This document shows positions 56,034-64,000 of a stretch of DNA of 64,000 bases, piece after piece. The stretch covers positions 1,613 through 65,612 of the IMG/VR virus record IMGVR_UViG_3300036801_000470. The stretch is one strand, 5' to 3'. The stretch is from a virus (lineage: Duplodnaviria > Caudoviricetes). Under the pieces are notes generated by a model. It was not told where the DNA came from, did no database searches, and saw nothing but the letters and a program-made list of their open reading frames with translations. The position numbers and the translations under genes were made by a program. Position 1 is the first letter of the stretch. Each line of letters starts with the position of its first letter.

Positions 56034-56930
56034 CTACTTGCGAAACGAATCGACGTAAGCGCGTGAGTTGTTCAGGATGGCGACGCGCGCGAGCAGGTGG
56101 TCCCGAGGGTCACTGCTCTTGGCGAGGCGCTCGACCTCTGAACGCACATTGAATTCGGCGCCGGGCTGCGCGGGCGCGGGCCCGGGCTGCGCGGGGGCGC
56201 TCGAGGCGGGCGCCGGAATGGGCGGAGCCGCAGCGGGCGGTGCAGCCGCCGGCGGCGTCGCGGGAGGCGCGGCGGCGGCGGGGGCCGCGGCCGGAGGTGA
56301 CGCCGGCGCAGCGGGGGGCGGTGCTGCCGCGGGTGGGGCGGCCGCGGGGGGCGTGGCCGTCGCCGGCGGGGCGGCGCTGCCGGGCAGCTGCACGCTGAGT
56401 CCCAGCGAGGCTGCCGAGAGCTTGTGCATGGCGATCATCTCGAGCTGCTTGGCGGCGCTCTTCTCCGCCTTCACGACCGCGCGCACGGCGTCCGGAAGGG
56501 AGGGGAGCTCGGCCTCGACGTAGATGCCGATGGTGGCGTTCGCGATCGCGGCCTGCTCGGCAAGGGGCTCGAGCTCCGTCACCCGCTTCTTCACCGCGTC
56601 GTACTTCTCCTTGCGGGTGGAGAGCTTGTCGGTGATCTCGGCGATCTTCTCCTCGATGCTGTCCTTCTTGCCGATCTTCACGCCCGCCGTGGCGCCGATG
56701 GCATTGGCGATCTTGCGGCGCTCTTCTTCGAGGCGCGCGGGCAGCCACGCGGGGTCCTTCGGACCGCTCGTGACCGGAGGGACCGCAGGGGGTGCGGCGG
56801 CGGGGGGGGGCGCCGGAGGAGCCGCGGCGGCCGGAGGAGCCGCAGGCGGCGGCGTAGCGGGCGGGGCGCCGCTGGCGCCTCCCGGAACGACTTCGTCGGG
56901 GGCGCGCAGCATAAGCAGGAAACGACGCAT
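56034..56930 (-). CDS. Capsid scaffolding protein
   Basis: Pro/Ala low-complexity tracts plus coiled coil, immediately upstream of the capsid gene. Confidence 0.7.
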   Translation of the reverse strand: MRRFLLMLRAPDEVVPGGASGAPPATPPPAAPPAAAAPPAPPPAAAPPAVPPVTSGPKDPAWLPARLEEERRKIANAIGATAGVKIGKKDSIEEKIAEITDKLSTRKEKYDAVKKRVTELEPLAEQAAIANATIGIYVEAELPSLPDAVRAVVKAEKSAAKQLEMIAMHKLSAASLGLSVQLPGSAAPPATATPPAAAPPAAAPPPAAPASPPAAAPAAAAPPATPPAAAPPAAAPPIPAPASSAPAQPGPAPAQPGAEFNVRSEVERLAKSSDPRDHLLARVAILNNSRAYVDSFRK

Positions 56931-57073
56931 GGAATGCCTCTTTGGCCGCCTCGATTGGGCGGTTTCTCTTCACCGGGTGGAGCGGGACCCGTGGCCCGAA
57001 TGCGAGACATGGCGCGGCCGGGGCGCCTCCCTCTGGGAGGGCGCCCTCTCGACCGCGCGCGCGAGCGTGAGTC

Positions 57074-57514
57074 TTAGTAGCCGGTCGCCTGGCCCATCAC
57101 GAAGATGGCCGCGGCGGCGTCCCATCCCGTGGCGGTCGCCGTGATCGCCGAGCCGCCCGTGATGGCGTTGAAGAGCACGATCGAGCCGATGTTGCCGGTC
57201 GAGACCGCGGCGCTCTGCACGTAGAGCTCGGGGCCGTTCGTGGCGGCCGCCTGGCGACCCGGGGGACCGGCGAAGACGCCGTAGAGCGTCACGGTCTTGC
57301 CGTCGCGCCGACGGTTCTGGATCAGCTGGGCGAGGGTCAGCGTCGTTGCGATGCCCGCGTCGAAGCCGCCGCCTCCGATCTGAATGGTGTCGGAGCCGCC
57401 GGTGTAGACGACGCCGAGGAGGTCGAACGTGACCACCGCGAGAAACTCGAGGGCGGAGCCGCGGGGCTCGTAGAGGAAGTTGATGCCCTTCACGTTGGCA
57501 TTGCGAGTCGCCAT
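57074..57514 (-). CDS. Hypothetical virion protein
   Basis: AGGAG RBS, Gly/Ala/Thr-rich. Confidence 0.65.
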   Translation of the reverse strand: MATRNANVKGINFLYEPRGSALEFLAVVTFDLLGVVYTGGSDTIQIGGGGFDAGIATTLTLAQLIQNRRRDGKTVTLYGVFAGPPGRQAAATNGPELYVQSAAVSTGNIGSIVLFNAITGGSAITATATGWDAAAAIFVMGQATGY

Positions 57515-57594
57515 GGCGATTGTCTCCTAAGTGAGGTGGAAGAAAGGGCGGCGTCTCGCGGCCGCAGCGCGAACGTAAGTGGAGAGAGGGTCCA

Positions 57595-57984
57595 TCACAT
57601 CTTGGTGACGAGCCCGATCAGCGAGATCTCGATGGTCTTGCCGGCAGTCACCGACGCCGCCGTCGCTTTCAGGTTCAGGCCGGGGTAGCCAAACAGCACG
57701 CCGACGGGCAGGTTCATGACGATGGGCGACGTCGTCGACACCCTCCCCTGAAAGAGGACCGTCGGATTGGTCGTGGAGTTGTCGGTGATGGTCACGACCT
57801 CCGGCGTCGCATCGTCCGCGGTGATGGCGAGCGACACGACGCAGATCCGCTCCTTCGCGCCGAGTACGTACGCGGTGGCGACGTCGCGCCCTCCGGCGAA
57901 GATGGGGATAGCCGCGCTGGGCGCGCCGTTCGTGAGGGAGAGATGTCCGACGAGCGGATTGCCCTGGTAGGCATTGACGCTCAT
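57595..57984 (-). CDS. Hypothetical beta-rich virion protein
   Basis: AAGGAG RBS. Confidence 0.65.
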   Translation of the reverse strand: MSVNAYQGNPLVGHLSLTNGAPSAAIPIFAGGRDVATAYVLGAKERICVVSLAITADDATPEVVTITDNSTTNPTVLFQGRVSTTSPIVMNLPVGVLFGYPGLNLKATAASVTAGKTIEISLIGLVTKM

Positions 57985-57990
57985 CGGGGC

Positions 57991-58254
57991 TTACTCCTTC
58001 TCCGGATCGTGGCCTTCGTCGTGGTCGGCCGGCTCGGTGCCCTGGGGGGCGGGAGCGTGCGGCTCCCCTTCCCCGCCGTCGGGCGGTGGCGGGTCGTCGC
58101 TGGGCACCTTGGCGGTCCCCTCACCGTGGCCCTCGCCGAGCTTCGTGGGGGGCGTCGGTTCCGGCTTCTCCTCGTGCAGCCAGGAGGCGCCGCCGCAGTT
58201 CAGGCAGTGGGGAGCGCCGTCGGGCGCCTTCGTGCCGCATTCTCCGCAGATCAT
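57991..58254 (-). CDS. Zn-ribbon protein with acidic Pro-rich tail
   Basis: CGECG...CLNCG. Confidence 0.6.
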   Translation of the reverse strand: MICGECGTKAPDGAPHCLNCGGASWLHEEKPEPTPPTKLGEGHGEGTAKVPSDDPPPPDGGEGEPHAPAPQGTEPADHDEGHDPEKE

Positions 58255-58772
58255 GGGGGCGTCCCTTCTCGGCGTTCGTTGCCGGTCAGACGCGCATGCT
58301 CCCGGCGGAGCGCGCGCACTTCGGTTTCCAGGCCGCGCATGCGGCACTGCTCGATCTTGAGCCGCGCGAGTTCGGCTTCGGCCTCCGCGAGGCGCGCGGC
58401 CACGATCTCCGTGGGCGAGAGAGTCTCGCTGGCCTGCTCCTCCGGCAGCGCCACCTCATCCAGGTCCAGAACGCGCCGCGCGAGCTCGGGGGATGCGCGC
58501 GTCGGACGCGGACGCTGCATGGGCACCACGCGAGCGCCTTGGTCCGCCTCGCGCTTGGTCGGGACGACCCGCTGCAGCGGCACGCGATTGCCGTCCTCGG
58601 CGATGCCGCCGGCGACCGAGCCGGTCACCGCGATCCCGAACTCGACGCCGCACTTCACGCACTGCGGTCCGATCTGCCCGGACTTGAGCAGCGCCATCGT
58701 GGGCACGCTCGTCGTGCCGCAAGCGTTGCAGTGCATCGGCGTCACGGGCTTGGCCTGCGGCTGCGCGCCCAT
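58251..58772 (-). CDS. Zn-ribbon + coiled-coil protein
   Basis: CNACG...CVKCG. Confidence 0.6.
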   Translation of the reverse strand: MGAQPQAKPVTPMHCNACGTTSVPTMALLKSGQIGPQCVKCGVEFGIAVTGSVAGGIAEDGNRVPLQRVVPTKREADQGARVVPMQRPRPTRASPELARRVLDLDEVALPEEQASETLSPTEIVAARLAEAEAELARLKIEQCRMRGLETEVRALRREHARLTGNERREGTPP

Positions 58773-59284
58773 CAGGCGAGCCCCACGCCGAAGACGCTCC
58801 GGGCGCTCTCGGCGACCTCGCGCACGGCGCTGTTGATGGTCTCGGCGATCGTGCGGCTGAACGGCGCCTCGAGGTCGAACTTCGAGAGCGGCCCCTGCAC
58901 CGTCCAGTGCAGGCACGGCCGGTCGCCCTTCATGTGGACCTGCAGCGCGAGCCGGCGCGTGTCGCCGAGCTCGTAGGTGAACCACACGAAGCCTTCCGGA
59001 TCCGCGCCCGGCGTCGGCCGCGGCATCCACGGCGCCGCCCAGGCCACCTTCATCGCGACCTTGAACGCGTCCTGCCAGTCGTCCTTCGCGATGGGCTTGG
59101 CGCCCACGTCAGTGGGGTCGCGACTCAGCTCCTCGCCGGTCTTGTTCCAGCCGACCTGCGCGGTGATGCAGATCTTGAAGTTGGGATCGTCGCCGTACAT
59201 GAAGCGGCGGATGTCCGCGGCCAGGAGCTTCAGCTTCTCCTCGAACGGTTCGTCCGCGAGCTTGGCGATGGAGGCTTGGTGCAT
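58772..59284 (-). CDS. Hypothetical protein
   Basis: Natural composition, TGATG coupling. Confidence 0.65.
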   Translation of the reverse strand: MHQASIAKLADEPFEEKLKLLAADIRRFMYGDDPNFKICITAQVGWNKTGEELSRDPTDVGAKPIAKDDWQDAFKVAMKVAWAAPWMPRPTPGADPEGFVWFTYELGDTRRLALQVHMKGDRPCLHWTVQGPLSKFDLEAPFSRTIAETINSAVREVAESARSVFGVGLA

Positions 59285-59302
59285 GAGCGTACGGTCTCGG
59301 GA

Positions 59303-60058
59303 TCAGCGGCGCGCGCGCGGGGGCGCGACGCCTAGGTGCAGGAGCACGTAACAGCGGCATCGGACGTGGAGCGGCGGGTCCCCCTCGGGGAACTCGTCGT
59401 CGCCTTCCACCACGAGCTGGTCGAGCGCCTCGCATACCTTGCAGGTGCGCTCATCGACGTCGGCGACCCACTCGCGCGAGAGGATGACCCCAATCTCGGC
59501 GGCGGCGGCCGCTACGTCCCCGATGCCGGCGTTGAAGGCGCTGGCGTTCTCGTGGACGGCCCCCGTGCGGAGCCGGGGGGTGAGCTGCTCGTTCGCTCGC
59601 TCGAAGGCGCGCTCGAGCGCGCCGGGCTCGGAGGCCTTCGCCTTCCGGAGCTCGCCGAGCGCCATCAGCCCCCACGCAGAGGCTTGGGCGGTCGCCGTCG
59701 TCCGGGCGTGGACGGCGTCTTGCTCGGCGCCGTCGGCGTCGCTGCGCTCGGCGGGGAGCTCGACGCCGTCGCGGGTGAGGTAGTGGGTGGTGGTTCGCCA
59801 GCCCGCCTCGCGAGCCCGCACGCGGGCGTCGAGGTAGGTCTCGGCGAGGCCCTGCGCGAGCGCCGCGACGCTCACGTCCACCGCGCGGCGTGCGGCGCGC
59901 TGATCGAGCCCGACGAGCGCGCGGGCCGAGGAGGCGTGGAGGGCGAGGACCGCCAGCACGGCGGCGGCCGTCCTCCCCTCCTGCGAGTCGAGCGCCGAGC
60001 GGAGCTCGCCCTTGCGGCGCGAGAGCTCCGCGGCGCGTGCTCGTCTCGGCTTGGGCAT
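59303..60058 (-). CDS. Minor head/morphogenesis protein (Mu gpF/SPP1 gp7-like)
   Basis: EW....DERTC..C..LD...PPLHVRCRC. Confidence 0.85.
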   Translation of the reverse strand: MPKPRRARAAELSRRKGELRSALDSQEGRTAAAVLAVLALHASSARALVGLDQRAARRAVDVSVAALAQGLAETYLDARVRAREAGWRTTTHYLTRDGVELPAERSDADGAEQDAVHARTTATAQASAWGLMALGELRKAKASEPGALERAFERANEQLTPRLRTGAVHENASAFNAGIGDVAAAAAEIGVILSREWVADVDERTCKVCEALDQLVVEGDDEFPEGDPPLHVRCRCYVLLHLGVAPPRARR

Positions 60059-60061
60059 CGG

Positions 60062-61933
60062 CTACGCGGCGGCTTTGGTCTTCGGCGTCTTGCCGTCGGC
60101 CTTCGGGGGCTTCGCCTTGTCCTTCGGCTTCTTCACCGCCGGGCCGATGCCCGGGGGCTTGCCGGTGACGCCGGCGGCGAGGGCTCCCGCCTTCGCCATC
60201 GTCACCATGCGGTTGGCCTCCTGGCTCTCCCTCTCGAGCCGCTCCTTCTCGAGCGTCTCGAGGTACTGGTCGGCGTTGCCGATGTCGTCGAAGACACCCT
60301 TGATCTTGAGGAGCGCGGATTTTTTCGTGATGAGCCCCGCATCAAGCGCGCTCTCGGCGGTGGTCACACGCGACTGCTCGTCAGCGTCGGAGGCTTCGAA
60401 GTAGTCGCCCCAGGACAGCTTGATGGTGGGGTCGAACCACTGCCGCCGGGTCGCCTTGGCATCGCCTGCGCGGGCTGCGGGGGCGATGCTCGCCATGTCG
60501 CTCGCCGGAGCGGTCTGCAGGACGGTCACCTCCTGGTAGAAGCGCGCCAGGATCGGCAGCGCCTTCTTCGAGCCGGCCAGGTACAGGCCCGTGCCCGAAG
60601 CGAGCGCGATGCGGAGGAGCATGTTGACGAGCGGGAGCAGGCAGTTCGCGCCGAAGTCCTCGCGGAGCTCGTTGCAGATGGCCACCTGCGGTCCGAAGAG
60701 CCGCTCGATCGCCTTGCCCGATAGGTCGCTCGAGGAGAGCGTCTTGGCGTCGATGGTGACGTGCCCGAGGCTCTCGCGCAGCGTCGACCGGTTGTCGTCG
60801 ATGTCCCCGACGAGCGGGTCCAGGCCGCCGTTGGGGATGGTGAGCATGTTCACCTTCGACTCGGCGTTCGTGTAGGTCCAGATGACGCCGGGGCCCTTCT
60901 TTCGGACCTGCGCGCCGGAGCGCCCGCTCAGCGGCATCTTCCAGCCGGTGGGGTCGCTGCCCATCTGGGCGGCGGTGGAGGCGCGCCCATACGGCGCCTC
61001 GACCGACGCCTCGTCGTCGACGCCGGTCTCGTAGACCTGCGGCTCGCCGCAGTAGAGCGCCGCGCGGAAGCGCTGGGAGAGGCCGAAGTTGACCGAGTCG
61101 CAGAGCGATAGAAGGCCCCAGTGGATGGGGCGCCCATCGATCTGCGAGACGTCCGAGACGGTCTCGAGGAACCGGTACCAGATGGCCGGGCAGAAGCCGA
61201 AGCCGTGGACGAAGCGCGACTTTTCCTTCGTCTGGAACTGCGACGCCCGAAGGAGCTTCAGCGGCACGTCCTCGACGGCGCGGATCTCGATGGGCTCGAA
61301 GACGATGTCCGTCTGCGCGTCGATGCGCCGGCGGTACTGGTAGACGCGCTTCTCGAAGCGCTTGTCCGCCTCGTTCCAGACGTTGGGGTCGACGTAGAGA
61401 TACCGAACCTCGACGGCGGCGAGGGTGACGCCGTCCTCCTCGAACTCCGGCCAGCAGGTCTTCGGATCGAGCTGCGTCACGCGCAGCTTCCCCTTCACCA
61501 CGCTCGGCATCGGCACGCAGGTGCCGGCGCCCATGGCGTGCTCGAGCAGCTGCTTGGACACCGCCGGTAGGCGCGCCTGCTCGCAGATCTTGCCGAGGTA
61601 GGCGTCGATCACCTCGCTCTGCTCGGGCGTGAGGCCGAAGCGATCGTCGAAGGCGCCGTCGTCCTCGCTCGTGAGCGTGGTCATGACCGGGAAGCGCCGG
61701 TCGCCGAGGGCCATCGAGGAGAAGGATCGGATGGCGTTGCGAACGCCGGGGTAGATGACGCAGGGGGCGCGCTCGGTGAGCGGCTTCTCGCTGCCCTGGT
61801 CGAGGAAGCCCGCGCGCCCCTCGTAGACCGTCCCGTCGACGTACCGCTGGTAGATGGAGACGCGCTCCGCCCGCGGCGTCATCGCGAGCTTCAGGACCTT
61901 CGCGATCTCATCTTCGGAGAGGGGGGCGGACAT
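60062..61933 (-). CDS. Portal protein (SPP1-like)
   Basis: 623 aa before gpF; HGFGFCP, SGKAIE.LF.P, GLITKKSAL. Confidence 0.8.
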   Translation of the reverse strand: MSAPLSEDEIAKVLKLAMTPRAERVSIYQRYVDGTVYEGRAGFLDQGSEKPLTERAPCVIYPGVRNAIRSFSSMALGDRRFPVMTTLTSEDDGAFDDRFGLTPEQSEVIDAYLGKICEQARLPAVSKQLLEHAMGAGTCVPMPSVVKGKLRVTQLDPKTCWPEFEEDGVTLAAVEVRYLYVDPNVWNEADKRFEKRVYQYRRRIDAQTDIVFEPIEIRAVEDVPLKLLRASQFQTKEKSRFVHGFGFCPAIWYRFLETVSDVSQIDGRPIHWGLLSLCDSVNFGLSQRFRAALYCGEPQVYETGVDDEASVEAPYGRASTAAQMGSDPTGWKMPLSGRSGAQVRKKGPGVIWTYTNAESKVNMLTIPNGGLDPLVGDIDDNRSTLRESLGHVTIDAKTLSSSDLSGKAIERLFGPQVAICNELREDFGANCLLPLVNMLLRIALASGTGLYLAGSKKALPILARFYQEVTVLQTAPASDMASIAPAARAGDAKATRRQWFDPTIKLSWGDYFEASDADEQSRVTTAESALDAGLITKKSALLKIKGVFDDIGNADQYLETLEKERLERESQEANRMVTMAKAGALAAGVTGKPPGIGPAVKKPKDKAKPPKADGKTPKTKAAA

Positions 61934-61960
61934 GGGAGGGGCCGGCGTCTCTCCGCCGTG

Positions 61961-62341
61961 TCAGTCGGGAGCGTCGCGCTCCCACGTTCGAAGGCGGCGC
62001 CGGCGCGGGCGTCGCTCGCGCTCCCCCGACTGGCGCCGTGACCAGGGCGGCGTGCGTGGAGCGTCGCGCATCGTGCGCGGTTCGACCCGCAGCGCCGTGC
62101 GGAGGTCGAAGTCGCCAAGTGGGTAGCGGTGGGACGTGCCCGAGCAGCGCGAGAGGCCCGGGAACATGCGCTCGCCGTACCAGCAGGACGCGCGCATCTC
62201 CTCGACGAGGCCGAGCATCCGATCGCGGAGCGAATGCATCCGGTTCTGAAGCGACTCGCCGGTGACGTACCCGAAGTCGATGCGGATGACGTACGGGTCG
62301 TAGATCGACGCGTTCGTCGTCCCGGAGGTCTCGCCGATCAT
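61961..62341 (-). CDS. Hypothetical protein
   Basis: ATGA coupling. Confidence 0.4.
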   Translation of the reverse strand: MIGETSGTTNASIYDPYVIRIDFGYVTGESLQNRMHSLRDRMLGLVEEMRASCWYGERMFPGLSRCSGTSHRYPLGDFDLRTALRVEPRTMRDAPRTPPWSRRQSGERERRPRRRRLRTWERDAPD

Positions 62342-62574
62342 GCTCCGTCGACGTCCGCCTTGGCCGAGACCTCCAGCGGCGCGGCGTCGAGCTTCACCTC
62401 GGACCCGGCGGGCATCTCGTAGCCCTCGTCGCCCGGCTGCAGGGTCTTCAGGTCCCCGTGCACCACGGAGGTCTTCCGCCCGAACTTCTTCCGGAGCTCG
62501 AGCAGCGGCGAGAGAGCCTCCTCGCTCTTGATCTCGATGCCTTCGGCGCTGGGGCGCTGCGGGGTGAAGCTCAC
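62338..62574 (-). CDS. Hypothetical protein
   Basis: GTGA coupling. Confidence 0.55.
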   Translation of the reverse strand: MSFTPQRPSAEGIEIKSEEALSPLLELRKKFGRKTSVVHGDLKTLQPGDEGYEMPAGSEVKLDAAPLEVSAKADVDGA

Positions 62575-62945
62575 GTCGGCACCTTTTTGACGTAGGCGAT
62601 TACGATGTAATGCCGCTTGTCGTCGCGACGACAGACCACTGGTCTACGTTCACCGCCGAGAAAGAGGGCGTTTGGGTTCTGCGCTGCGTAGCGTGACAGC
62701 TCGCGCGCGAGCAGCGTCCCCAGCAAGCGGCCGTCGCCCTCCGCGTGCTCTGGGCGCAGCGGGTCTACAGCGAACGGGACGAGCCCACCCGTCGAGTTCA
62801 TTGGCCATCCGACGCGCTCGACATCCTCGCGATCCGTTTCGCCTTCGACGAAGCGTTCCGCGCCGATTGCCGTGCAAGCCTCATCGACCACGCTCTGCGC
62901 CGCGACGGTGAACGTGTCCGATGCGACGAAGTCCGCCACGCTCAC
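62571..62945 (-). CDS. Hypothetical protein
   Basis: GTGA coupling. Confidence 0.55.
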   Translation of the reverse strand: MSVADFVASDTFTVAAQSVVDEACTAIGAERFVEGETDREDVERVGWPMNSTGGLVPFAVDPLRPEHAEGDGRLLGTLLARELSRYAAQNPNALFLGGERRPVVCRRDDKRHYIVIAYVKKVPT

Positions 62946-63175
62946 GTCGGCCTCACCCCGAGGGAGCTGTACAGCTCGAGGAGCAGCTTCTTCGACTGCC
63001 CGAAGTGCGCATACGTCTCGGACGCCTTCAGCACGACATCCTTGCGCCGGTCCTTGGGGTCGGCGGCGTGCCGCAGGATGGTCTCGATCTTCTCCATCGC
63101 GGAGTCGATCGCCTTGGCTGCGGTCTCGAGCTCCTCGCGCGTCAGCTTGATGTCGCCCAGCTTCGTCTCGTTCAT
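62942..63175 (-). CDS. Hypothetical helical protein
   Basis: GGAG upstream. Confidence 0.6.
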   Translation of the reverse strand: MNETKLGDIKLTREELETAAKAIDSAMEKIETILRHAADPKDRRKDVVLKASETYAHFGQSKKLLLELYSSLGVRPT

Positions 63176-63256
63176 GTGCTCACGTGCTCCGACCGTTACG
63201 GAAACGAAAGCCCGTCTCGTGGGCCATACGTACGATGCGAGACCCGAAGGCCCCGG

Positions 63257-64000
63257 CTAGGTCGGAATGGCCTCCGCGCTGGCCGTCGTAGCGGCGACTT
63301 CCTTTCGTGCGATGCCCGCCGCGGCGTCCCCGCGCGCCTGCCGCGCGCAGTTCTGCCCGCAGAACAGGCCGTGCTCGGTCTCGATCCACCCCATCGCCGC
63401 CGCCGCCTTCGCGGCGAGCGTGCCGTCCTTGTCCTCGGTGTTGGGCTCGAGCTCGACCCGCGCCTCGCACCCGGACTTGTCGCAGGTGAGGACGCCATGG
63501 GGGGTCTTCAGCGTCTGCGGCGGACGAAGCGGCTTGGCCGCCTCCTCCTTCTTCCGCGGCTTCCCCTCCCCATTGGAGGTCTCGAGCTCGTGGCAACGCC
63601 GCGAGCAGAAGATCGCCGGCTTGCCGTCGCGGTCCTTCGCGCGGACGTAGCCATGCACCTCGGCGAAGCGCGCGATCTCGGCTTCGCTCATTCCGTCGGT
63701 GTCGAGCCGCGCGCCGCAGTGGTACCGCGAGCAGCAGAGCCACCGCCCGAGGAGCTTCGAGCCGTCCTCCGACACCCGCACGACGTCACCGGGCTTCGGG
63801 GCGAAGCCGGGCGCGAAGCGCGGAGCGGTCTTGATCGACGCCGCCGCCGCGTCGGGCACCGTGGCCATGCGCGCCGCGAGCGCGACGTTCCGGGCGCGGT
63901 GCTCGGCCGCCTCGCGCTCGCGCGTCGCTTCGGCTTCGGCCACGCGCTGCGCGTCCTCTGCGGAGGGGCGCGGCGCGGTGGCCGTGCGGGGCATCGGCAA
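63257..64000 (-). CDS. Cys-rich hypothetical protein, probably 5'-truncated
   Basis: Two C..C...FC...C repeats; runs to the window edge. Confidence 0.6.
   Translation of the reverse strand: MPMPRTATAPRPSAEDAQRVAEAEATREREAAEHRARNVALAARMATVPDAAAASIKTAPRFAPGFAPKPGDVVRVSEDGSKLLGRWLCCSRYHCGARLDTDGMSEAEIARFAEVHGYVRAKDRDGKPAIFCSRRCHELETSNGEGKPRKKEEAAKPLRPPQTLKTPHGVLTCDKSGCEARVELEPNTEDKDGTLAAKAAAAMGWIETEHGLFCGQNCARQARGDAAAGIARKEVAATTASAEAIPT

Larger units (their letters stand above)
1..64000. mobile_element. Tailed phage/prophage genome segment (Mu-like contractile-tail module, convergent early and late arms)
   Basis: Complete head-neck-contractile tail gene order on - strand, GH25 lysin, dense overlapping small ORFs and DNA-metabolism genes on + strand; no host housekeeping genes seen. 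Confidence 0.95.

Noticed and set aside
56150-56880. Repetitive GC-rich tracts
   Set aside because: They encode Pro/Ala low-complexity linkers of the scaffold; not a CRISPR or DNA repeat array
63180-63256. Structured intergenic region as ncRNA/riboswitch
   Set aside because: Only short alternative hairpins, compatible with an ordinary terminator; no recognisable RNA family motif
1-64000. Many long overlapping or antisense ORFs (e.g. 6789-9644, 12396-14111, 44330-46234, 19682-21475)
   Set aside because: Arg/Ala/Pro-rich shadow frames expected from high GC; they mirror real genes on the other strand or frame

Overview
A 64-kb, very GC-rich (about 70% by eye) segment of a tailed-phage or prophage genome. 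The host is probably a myxobacterium; this is an inference from GC content and the many Cys-rich, DAG-motif lipoproteins. Positions 1-18.2 kb (+ strand) form an early/middle region. It encodes an SbcD/SbcC (Mre11/Rad50)-like pair, a Nudix hydrolase, an exported HNH-like lipoprotein, an uncharacterised ~690 aa + 134 aa gene pair, an RHH regulator, a Mom-like adenine-modification enzyme, a C5 cytosine methyltransferase, DUF6884-, ASCH- and TrpF-like proteins, and an HNH nuclease. Positions 18.7-64 kb (mostly - strand) form the late region: portal, Mu gpF-like head protein, scaffold, major capsid, neck, and a Mu-like contractile tail (sheath, tube, chaperone with a -1 slippery site, tape measure, N/P/gp45/gp46/J/gp48-like baseplate). 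These are followed by fibre-like proteins and a long accessory/lysis block with a papain-like protease, a nucleotidyltransferase, a DUF6527-like protein and a GH25 endolysin. No terminase, integrase, tRNA, CRISPR array or reverse transcriptase was seen. The most unusual non-coding signals are: (i) a 25-bp inverted repeat enclosing one 82-aa gene; (ii) a GACCAG-N4-CTGGTC palindrome shared by the promoter region upstream of the Mom/MTase operon and the promoter of a distant HNH gene; (iii) a repeated dyad-containing promoter at 617 and 3037. All family assignments come from motif recognition by eye, not from database searches.
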